DNA of 26,193 nucleotides, the filler included, from Halorussus marinus (GTDB taxonomy: Archaea > Halobacteriota > Halobacteria > Halobacteriales > Haladaptataceae), in assembly GCF_004765795.1 (NCBI RefSeq). It is 9 parts of 9 records of this genome, joined end to end, with 100 filler letters (N's around TTAATTAATTAA, not from the genome) between each part and the next. Parts side by side here need not be neighbours in the genome. Positions count along the whole stretch, not along the records: positions 1 to 8,175 come from NZ_SBIV01000022.1; 8 more parts are not named here. One strand, written 5' to 3'. Position 1 is the first letter of the stretch. Every line of letters begins with the position of its first letter. Under the pieces are notes generated by a model. It did not search any database and was not told the origin of the DNA. It saw nothing but the letters and a program-made list of their open reading frames with translations. Positions 1-7,252 of the stretch are shown here, piece by piece. A program made the position numbers and the translations under genes.

Positions 1-164
1 TCAAACGCGGCCGTGGTCACCTTCGGCCGGACGCTCGACCGCTTCACGACCTGCCCGCGGACCGTGATGGTCTCCCCGAGATGCTCCGCGCGCTCGTCTC
101 CGACCGACAGCACTGGCTTCGGGAGCGATTCGTCGACGTCCTCGGGCTGGACCGTCTGGCTCAC
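1..164 (-). CDS. mcm: N-terminal fragment of an MCM-family replicative helicase (runs off window edge; not in ORF track)
   Basis: Manual translation from GTG at 164 (GTGA overlap with the upstream stop): MSQTVQPEDVDESLPKPVLSVGDERAEHLGETITVRGQVVKRSSVRPKVTTAAF(E/D). This matches the archaeal MCM OB-fold lead-in pattern R-A-x-H-[IL]-G-x-x-[IV]-x-V-x-G-x-V-x-x-x-S-x-VRPK-x-x-x-AAF that normally precedes the CxxC zinc domain. Confidence 0.7.
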   Translation of the reverse strand, partial: MSQTVQPEDVDESLPKPVLSVGDERAEHLGETITVRGQVVKRSSVRPKVTTAAF

Positions 165-850
165 TGCTCACCACTCCCGTCGGTCAGCACGCGGTCCTCG
201 GGACTCGTCCGGCGGTACTCGTAGGCCTTCAACAGCCAGAACAGCGCCGCCGCCCCGAACAGCGCGAGCGCCGCGTTGACGGCCGTTCCGAACGTCACAC
301 CGATCGCTCGCCCGACGACGGTCTCGGTGACGAACGCCTCGACTGAGCGCCACGGAAAGATAGTCGCCTTTGCGAGGATCGCGGCCAGCAGGCTCACCGC
401 GATCAGCGCCGTAAGCTCGGCCAGTCGCGACCACATCTCTGACTCGGTCGCGAACCAGAGGAACGGCCCGACCGTCACGATGACCGCAACAGTATCGAGC
501 CAGCCGTAGATGGCCGGTTTCCCGACCGTCCACGCCACCACCAGCCCCAGCGCGACCAGTCCCTGATAGAACCGCGTCCGGCGTTCGCTCGCGTCGGCGT
601 ACCGCTCGTCGAGCCAGTCCTCGGCGTCGCTAAGGGCCGCCCGGATGCGGGGCTCGTACTCAGCGCGCCACGTCTCGCGTGCCTGCCCGGCCCGCGTCTC
701 GATCTCGTCGCGAAGGCTCGCAAGCCCCGACCGGATGCGGGGCTCGTACTCGGTGCGCAGCTCGTCGACGCGACTCCGGCTCCCCGAGTCATCCTCGACG
801 TCGTCGCCGTCGTCGTCGGCGGTAAACGTGTCGAGGGTCGCGTCGCTCAC
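161..850 (-). CDS. Hypothetical membrane protein, 229 aa (acidic/helical N-terminus, about 4 C-terminal TM segments)
   Basis: Start re-assigned to GTG at 850 (VSDATLDTF...), which overlaps the upstream TGA and follows GGAGGTG. The track's longer N-terminal extension is Arg-rich shadow sequence. Acidic halophile composition followed by hydrophobic segments. Confidence 0.7.
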   Translation of the reverse strand: MSDATLDTFTADDDGDDVEDDSGSRSRVDELRTEYEPRIRSGLASLRDEIETRAGQARETWRAEYEPRIRAALSDAEDWLDERYADASERRTRFYQGLVALGLVVAWTVGKPAIYGWLDTVAVIVTVGPFLWFATESEMWSRLAELTALIAVSLLAAILAKATIFPWRSVEAFVTETVVGRAIGVTFGTAVNAALALFGAAALFWLLKAYEYRRTSPEDRVLTDGSGEQ

Positions 851-1179
851 AGTATCCCACCTCCACCGCTCGGCGAGACCGTCTCGACCAGGACGTCCAG
901 CAGGTCGTAGATTGGCGCGAGGTTCACGCCCGGGATGACGCCCGCGTGGAGCGCCCCGGCGAGTGCGACCGCCAGCACGGCCACCGAGACGGCGCCGTAC
1001 CGAACGGCGACCGTGCTTGCTGTCCGCAGGAACGCCACCACCGACGAGAGCCGGTAGCCCCACCAGAACAGCGTCAGTGTCGAGACGACCGCGCTCGCCC
1101 CGATCACGCCTTTCAGTCCGAGCGTCGCCAGGACCCGACCGACCGCCTCGCGCAGCACCACGAACACGTCCGCGGGCAT
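847..1179 (-). CDS. Small hydrophobic membrane protein, 110 aa
   Basis: TGATG overlap with the upstream gene, GGAGGTGA SD motif, 2-3 hydrophobic stretches. Confidence 0.7.
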   Translation of the reverse strand: MPADVFVVLREAVGRVLATLGLKGVIGASAVVSTLTLFWWGYRLSSVVAFLRTASTVAVRYGAVSVAVLAVALAGALHAGVIPGVNLAPIYDLLDVLVETVSPSGGGGIL

Positions 1180-4100
1180 CAGTCGTCACCTCCCGACGAC
1201 GTCGAGACGCTATCATCGTTGTCCTGGACGATCACCTGCGTCATCGCCGAACCGTCCTCGCTGGAACTCCCGCCAGACGAGGACGACGAACTGTCCGAGC
1301 CACTGCTGGAGTTGCCGAACAGCCAGCGGTACAGCGCGTAGGTAGCGAGCCCGACTCCGGCGAGTCCGCCGAGCCGGATCGCGGGATCGAGCGCCTCCGC
1401 GATGGTCGGTCCGAGCGTCCCGGAGATCGACCCGGGCGCCAGCACCTCCAGCGCGAGGACGCCGACGAACGCCACGCCCACGCCGAGGTAGCCGATCTTG
1501 AGCCGCCGGCCGCCCGGCAGGTAGTCGATACCGTAGTAGAGTCCGAGGATCGCGATCACTGCGCCACCCAGGATCGGGACGGTTCCCGAGGAGATCAGCC
1601 CCGAGGCCGATCCGGGCGCCACGATCTCCATCCCGAGCAGCGTTACCGCCCCCGCGGTCGTCAACAAGACCAGCACGTCCCGCCGGCCGTAGCCGCGTGA
1701 GCCGTACCGCCGCTGGAGCCAGTAGACCACGGCGACCGAGCCCGCGACCAGCGCGAGCACGAGCCCGCCTTGGAGCGACTGTCCCAGCCCGAACGGGCCG
1801 CCGATGCCGGAGTCGCCAGCGTTCTCGCTCGCGATGATCTGGAGCGTCTCGGCGCTGTCGTCGTCAGTGAACACGACACCGTCGGCGCCGGCTTTCTCAA
1901 CCGTCCGTGTATCCGAGTGGGTCACTGACCAGAGCGCGTAGCTCTTGTCTTCGACCGCATTCAGCCACCGGATTGTCACCGCGTCCCCGTTCGTCCGCCC
2001 CTGGTCGAGATGGAACTGCTGGGCGTCAAGATCCTCGATGTGGACCACCGCGTCCCCGCGCTCGGGAGTGACCTCCAAGGGCGTGTACTCGACCCGAGTG
2101 GTCGCACCCTCACCAGCATTCGGCAGATAGACTTGTTGGGCGCCATCCGCGGTCACCTGCGAGTACTCCTCGGGCTGGCCCCACGACTCGTTGTACGTGT
2201 GGACGATCCGCTGGTTCTGGATACCCAGCCAGAAGTTCTCATCTTTCCCGGTCACTTCGATAGCGGTGTCGAGCCGATCGCCCGGCAACGTCGGCTCGCG
2301 GATCGTGATGTCACCATTGTTGACCTTGACCCGCCAGCCCCTCGCGTGGACTGACACCGACTCGTTCGCTTCCACGTCGCCGAGATCAACCGTCACCACC
2401 GCCGACTCCGCATCGTACTCGTAGTCCGCTGAGTCCATCCGTGTGTACTCGGACCCATTCCGTGCGATCTCCAGTTCCTTGATATTGACCACCGAATCGT
2501 GGAACGGGAGCTCGAGCGTCGCATTCGCTTGTTCGTCGATGAACGTCTTGTTGATAGTGCGTTCCTCGGTCCATGCCGTGCTGTTGTAGCTTGTCGAGTG
2601 ACTCGTCGCGGCCGTATGGTAGTAGTCGACCCCAACGCGCGCGGCTGGAGCGTTTGTCGACAGCGACTCGCCGACCCCCACCTCGACAACATTTGTCTCA
2701 TTCGCGAGCCAATCCGTCGAGACGTTCAACGTCGTCGTCTCGCCCGCTGACAGCGTTCCGTCATAGCTGGCCTCGTAGCCGTTGATGACGACATTCGGGT
2801 TCACCGACTCCGAGATCTCTGTGTAGTCGGTTGCGACCGAGACCGTCGACCACGACTGCGTCGAAACTACCATCTCATGTGACCCAAGCGAGAGATCGAC
2901 GCCACGGGTCACCGTCTCGCCTGGCTCAAGCAGCCCGGAGTACGAGGCCTCAGGAGTGCTGTCGCCGTCGATGTCCAGTTGCGGGTTTTCGGTGACGATC
3001 CGCTCCTTGACGTCGATCTTCCAGTCGAAGCCTGCGCCCGGGCTCGCGAACGCCAGTTCGTTCGTCCCTGGGTCAAGACTCGACATCTGGAGCGTTGCGG
3101 TCTCACCGCCCCGGAGAACACCGGATTTAGACACGTCGATCGAGCCGTCAGCATCGACATCGATCGCCGGATCCTCGGTCGCAGTGACCTCGTCGGCCTC
3201 GATCGTCCAGTCAGTCGGCGCACCCGACAGCATCGTTTCAACGGAGACGCTCCCACTCGATAACTCCGACACCGAAACCGTCGCCGTCTCACCGTCGGTC
3301 AGCACACCCGAGTAGCTCGCATCAGCGCCTCCATCTCCATCCACATCGATCGCAGGATCTTCCGTCCCTGTCCGATCTTTTTTCTCCAACTGGTAGTCAA
3401 CTGTCCCGGTTCCACTCATCGAGAGAGTATTCGTAGACCCCATATCAATCGGTTTAGCCGCTGTCGAAGTGATATTCCCAAATCTGACAGAGCCTCCAAC
3501 TCCATCCGAGATTGAGACTCGCGAGGTATTTGTCCCACCAAATTCGATCTTCGGCCCCATATCCAGATAGTCGCCATTATACCAGTAGCCGCCCCAATTT
3601 CTGTTCTCACGGGCTTCGATAGCGTAGTTGTGATAGTTGTCGTTATCCGTCCCTCCAGTGAGCTTAAATTCGAGGAAAACCGTGCTTGAGGACGTATTCC
3701 GGACGAAGGTGTTATCTAGATCGACATTTAGAGTGTGGTCTGATCCAGTCGGCGGTTGCCAGTTTTCTTTAACGAGTGTTCCGTCACCTGTCGATCCATC
3801 CATTCCCTGTTGATGCAGATAAATATCTGCTGTCAGATTCGATTCATTTGACGTCTGGGCCATGTGAAGCGTGACGTCTGTAATATGAGATGGGCTATTC
3901 GGCACCCTCATCTCTGACCCAGCGAACTTAGTTAGCATATCTGTGTAACTCCCCGCTTGGTCATAATTCGAGACGGTTGTCGGTTCTGGCGTCACCGTGA
4001 TCTTGGGGTCGCCGTTCGATGGTCCAGTCGGTTCTAAGTTTCCGGTATTGATGCTATCACTGCCTCCTGCTGACAGTGTCCCACTCTGGTTGTTCCAGGT

Positions 4101-4691
4101 TGCAGATTCTTGGCCAGTGAACGTCACCGTCTGATTCTCGGGTGGCACGTTTCCACCGACCGAGATGCTTGTCGACTCGCCATTACTCTGACTGGTTGCT
4201 GCCCAAGAGTTGCTGGAGGTCGATTCCTGACCCGTGACCGTCACCGTCTGATTCTCCGGTTGCATGTTACCGCCGACGCTGATAGAATCCGTCGAGCCAT
4301 CGCTGGCCACTCCATCCCAGAACGTCTGGCGGGTCTCCTCGACACCCGTAAATGTCACTTCGGGCTGACCGTTTGCCGGTCCAGTCGGGGCGTTCGTCCC
4401 AGCCGCGGTCACCGGCAACATCTCACCATCTGAGAGTGCCGTTCCCGACACCGACTCCTGTTCGGTCGACTCACGTCCCGTCAGTTCGATCGAGAAGTTC
4501 CCGGCCTTGCTCGCGTCCGCCAGCTCGTACCGACTCGTCGAGCCGTCGGTCGCCGCGTCCATCTCGATCGAGACCGCGCCCGCGAACGTGCCCGTCTCCT
4601 CGGCCGCGCTCACCAGCACGGGCGACCACATGGGGACGAGCGCACCCACCACGACGAGCGCGACAAGTGCGAGCGCTCGCGATTTACGCAT
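1179..4691 (-). CDS. Large secreted, C-terminally membrane-anchored repeat protein, 1170 aa (putative adhesin/spike)
   Basis: Signal peptide (MRKSRALALVALVVVGALV...), Ser/Thr/Asp/Gly-rich beta-type ectodomain with two repeat arrays, about 5 TM segments near the C-terminus, Ser-rich tail, and GGAGGTG SD upstream. Confidence 0.85.
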   Translation of the reverse strand: MRKSRALALVALVVVGALVPMWSPVLVSAAEETGTFAGAVSIEMDAATDGSTSRYELADASKAGNFSIELTGRESTEQESVSGTALSDGEMLPVTAAGTNAPTGPANGQPEVTFTGVEETRQTFWDGVASDGSTDSISVGGNMQPENQTVTVTGQESTSSNSWAATSQSNGESTSISVGGNVPPENQTVTFTGQESATWNNQSGTLSAGGSDSINTGNLEPTGPSNGDPKITVTPEPTTVSNYDQAGSYTDMLTKFAGSEMRVPNSPSHITDVTLHMAQTSNESNLTADIYLHQQGMDGSTGDGTLVKENWQPPTGSDHTLNVDLDNTFVRNTSSSTVFLEFKLTGGTDNDNYHNYAIEARENRNWGGYWYNGDYLDMGPKIEFGGTNTSRVSISDGVGGSVRFGNITSTAAKPIDMGSTNTLSMSGTGTVDYQLEKKDRTGTEDPAIDVDGDGGADASYSGVLTDGETATVSVSELSSGSVSVETMLSGAPTDWTIEADEVTATEDPAIDVDADGSIDVSKSGVLRGGETATLQMSSLDPGTNELAFASPGAGFDWKIDVKERIVTENPQLDIDGDSTPEASYSGLLEPGETVTRGVDLSLGSHEMVVSTQSWSTVSVATDYTEISESVNPNVVINGYEASYDGTLSAGETTTLNVSTDWLANETNVVEVGVGESLSTNAPAARVGVDYYHTAATSHSTSYNSTAWTEERTINKTFIDEQANATLELPFHDSVVNIKELEIARNGSEYTRMDSADYEYDAESAVVTVDLGDVEANESVSVHARGWRVKVNNGDITIREPTLPGDRLDTAIEVTGKDENFWLGIQNQRIVHTYNESWGQPEEYSQVTADGAQQVYLPNAGEGATTRVEYTPLEVTPERGDAVVHIEDLDAQQFHLDQGRTNGDAVTIRWLNAVEDKSYALWSVTHSDTRTVEKAGADGVVFTDDDSAETLQIIASENAGDSGIGGPFGLGQSLQGGLVLALVAGSVAVVYWLQRRYGSRGYGRRDVLVLLTTAGAVTLLGMEIVAPGSASGLISSGTVPILGGAVIAILGLYYGIDYLPGGRRLKIGYLGVGVAFVGVLALEVLAPGSISGTLGPTIAEALDPAIRLGGLAGVGLATYALYRWLFGNSSSGSDSSSSSSGGSSSEDGSAMTQVIVQDNDDSVSTSSGGDD

Positions 4692-5250
4692 CCGCGCCCA
4701 CCTCCGTTCGCGTTTGAGCGAGCGCCCCGCATGCGGTATCCTCCGGCCGTGCGAGTCCGACCGCGCTCACGGGCAACCACGCCCACAGCACCGCGCGCGC
4801 CGTCGCACACCGACGCGCCTGCCCGCCTCCGGTCACGTCCGCACCGACGCGGCCGCGGACGCGGCCACGCGAAATCCTTCGCTCGCGCGCTCGCCGCCGC
4901 TCGCCCGCCAGGGCGTTCAAAAACGCCCGCGAAGACGAGCGCTCGCGCGAGGCCGCCCGCGTCCTCGATCCATCGCGAGCACCCGCCCGCGCCTTGAACC
5001 GAGCGCGCGAACCACGCCAGCGAGCAAGCAACCGCGCACCTGCTCGCGACGCGCATAATGCACGCCCGCCCCCGGGGGGGTTATTCCGATCATATCCGAA
5101 GAGCGCGCGCGCGTAATTGCTCCCGGTCGAGGCCGAACTCCGCCGGGGACCGCCTCCTCGCCGCAGCCGACCCCCCGGATTTTCTTCTGAACGTGAGCTC
5201 GAGCTCGACGTCGACACGGCGATCGTCGACGTCGGTCGGGTGTCAATCAT
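4684..5250 (-). CDS. Possible Arg-rich basic protein, 188 aa (or a non-coding structured region)
   Basis: The ORF exactly fills the gap between the NTPase and the 1170-aa gene, with an ATGA overlap at its start after GGAGGGGTGA and an ATGCGTAA overlap at its end. Its composition is atypical for a halophile. Confidence 0.35.
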   Translation of the reverse strand: MIDTRPTSTIAVSTSSSSSRSEENPGGRLRRGGGPRRSSASTGSNYARALFGYDRNNPPGGGRALCASRAGARLLARWRGSRARFKARAGARDGSRTRAASRERSSSRAFLNALAGERRRARERRISRGRVRGRVGADVTGGGQARRCATARAVLWAWLPVSAVGLARPEDTACGALAQTRTEVGADA

Positions 5251-6395
5251 GCCGTCACCCCTCCCGTCGAGGTCTCCCCCTCCCGGCCGTCCGGATCAAG
5301 GTACACCTTCAGATCACCCTGAATCGGCTTCGGGATGTTCGGCCACCCGACCTTTTCGAACGAACTCTCGGTGTAGAGCAGTGCCGTCCCGATGTCTTCG
5401 TCGGACATCAGGTCCTCCTCCATCGGCACAGTCTCCATCCCCACCGGAATCGACGACGATCGCGATCGGCGCGGGTTCGCCGTCCCGTTCATGTGAATCC
5501 GGAACGAGATGCGGTCACGCCACAGCGAATGGAGGTGTTTGTCCTTGTGGCCCGCGAAGTACCGCGCGATCCCGTTCTTCCGGAAGTCCTCCATCGACTC
5601 CCCGAGCATCTTGATTTTCAGCCGCGTCAGGTACTTGTCGTTCGCCGCGCCCTCGGGCGCCAGACTCTGAACCTCGTCCTGAATCCAGCTCGTCCACGCA
5701 AACGGCCCGCGTTCGACCAGCGACAGCCCCCAGCCGAACCACCAGTGATTCACCGGGTCCTCAGCAGAGAATTCGACCTCGTTCGTCGCGTCAGCGACCA
5801 CGCGGTCGCTCTCCTCGTAGACCCATTGACACCCCCGCATCTTCGGATCGGGGTACACGACGTTGAACTGGCCGTCGCGCAGCACCCGCAGGTTCAGATC
5901 CATCACGTCCTTGTAGTAGACCACCTCTCGGACGATGTCCTCCAGACGGACCTCGACCCCACGCGAGCCACGCGACCGCTTTTTCGGCACGAGGCGAGCG
6001 GTTGGCTCGTACCCCTTCGGGATGCACACCCGCGTGATCGGGGCGTACGGAAGCCATTCCGAGCGGCTGCCGGTCACCGCCGACCAGACGACTCGCGCGT
6101 CGTTGCGCTCCATCTCGACGCTGGCGATCCGCAGCAACAGCGTCGACTTTCCCGAGCCTTCTTCGCCCACGACGAACGATCCGGGCCCTCCAGACACTCG
6201 CTCTGTACCGCCGTCCCAGGTATGATCGAACAGCGCCGGCGCCAGCGCCGAGTAATCAAACAATTCGGGATCGAACTTCGGCATCCCGAACTTCCGGCGG
6301 AGGAACGCCGCATCAGTGTGGAGTCGATCGTCGTCGCGATACTGCTTGGTGTTCGTATGAGGGTCCGGTAATTTGTCAGGGTCTGGGTCAGTCAT
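5247..6395 (-). CDS. P-loop NTPase of the pleolipovirus type (HRPV-1 ORF8/His2 ORF33-like; putative packaging/assembly ATPase), 382 aa
   Basis: Walker A GEEGSGKST and Walker B-like WIQDE. The blocks RSEWLP, IVREV.YY.D..DLN, GQFNVVYPDP, HWWFGW and RK.G...F.GH are ones I associate with pleolipoviral NTPases. Confidence 0.8.
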   Translation of the reverse strand: MTDPDPDKLPDPHTNTKQYRDDDRLHTDAAFLRRKFGMPKFDPELFDYSALAPALFDHTWDGGTERVSGGPGSFVVGEEGSGKSTLLLRIASVEMERNDARVVWSAVTGSRSEWLPYAPITRVCIPKGYEPTARLVPKKRSRGSRGVEVRLEDIVREVVYYKDVMDLNLRVLRDGQFNVVYPDPKMRGCQWVYEESDRVVADATNEVEFSAEDPVNHWWFGWGLSLVERGPFAWTSWIQDEVQSLAPEGAANDKYLTRLKIKMLGESMEDFRKNGIARYFAGHKDKHLHSLWRDRISFRIHMNGTANPRRSRSSSIPVGMETVPMEEDLMSDEDIGTALLYTESSFEKVGWPNIPKPIQGDLKVYLDPDGREGETSTGGVTA

Positions 6396-7252
6396 ATCTG
6401 TGTTGCCTCCAGTTGTTGGTTGTCCGATTCTTCACGAGCCTCCTGAGAGCGCACCAGCATCGGCTCAGGTGTCAACGAGAACGCCGGCAGCAGGTAGAAC
6501 GCCGCCAGTTGCTCGCGTTGGCGGGCGTGGTCCGCACGGTCGCCGAGCAGGACGTCCCGAGCGGTCCGCTCCATCTCCAGCCGCCAGTCGAGATCCGCGT
6601 CGATCCGGTCGAGCTCCCCGAGCGTCACGTCATCGAGATGATGGAGCCAGCGATCGAGCGCATCTTCCGAATTGAATCCATCAAGGAGCTTCCGCAACGC
6701 GACCGTCTGTCGGTCTTTCAGTGTCTGGAGCGACGGCCGCATCGCGAACATCGACACGTCGTCGACGTCGACGCGGTTGTCCTCCTGGACGTATTCTTGA
6801 GCGTCTTTTCGGAGCGTCCGGTAGCCCGCCCGGCACGCCGGCCGGATGAACTTCTTCGCCATCCGCCGGCGGACCGTCGCGGCCGCGTCCAGCGACACCG
6901 GCGTCTGCCGGTAGTGCCGGCGCTTCTCGCTGGTGATTACGCATGACAGTACCACCTCGTCACGGGCCACCTTCGCGAACCAGTTCCCGTGGAGCCGGCC
7001 CATCGAGTTCCAGACCAGCTCTTGCAGCCACAGCAGGAACTCGCGCCGAGTCGCGAATCCCTCCTGGACGAACCTGTCGATCGCCTCCTGTTGGTCGCGA
7101 TGGAGCTTGTCGAGCGACGGCCGCGCCGCGTCGATCTCCGCGAACAGCGCGTCGAGATCCAGTCCCTCGACCACGGGTGACTCGTCTCCCCCCGCATCCG
7201 GGGGGCCTTCTGACGCGCCCGCGTGCGATGAACTCCGACTCGCGGGGTGCAT
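6392..7252 (-). CDS. Hypothetical soluble protein with internal two-fold duplication, 286 aa
   Basis: Coupled on both sides (TGATG at 7252, ATGA at 6392-6395). Acidic, helical composition. Confidence 0.75.
   Translation of the reverse strand: MHPASRSSSHAGASEGPPDAGGDESPVVEGLDLDALFAEIDAARPSLDKLHRDQQEAIDRFVQEGFATRREFLLWLQELVWNSMGRLHGNWFAKVARDEVVLSCVITSEKRRHYRQTPVSLDAAATVRRRMAKKFIRPACRAGYRTLRKDAQEYVQEDNRVDVDDVSMFAMRPSLQTLKDRQTVALRKLLDGFNSEDALDRWLHHLDDVTLGELDRIDADLDWRLEMERTARDVLLGDRADHARQREQLAAFYLLPAFSLTPEPMLVRSQEAREESDNQQLEATQI

Noticed and set aside
851..1216. N-terminal 122 aa of the 351-aa ORF in the track
   Set aside because: It overlaps the 110-aa membrane gene in another frame and is Arg-rich. 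The GTG at 850 has an SD and a stop overlap.
1179..4691. Calling the 1170-aa or 576-aa protein a fusexin (Fsx1) or canonical VP4 fusogen
   Set aside because: The 1170-aa protein has no Cys residues and is built from repeats, and I see no recognisable fusogen motifs in either protein. A structure search would be needed.
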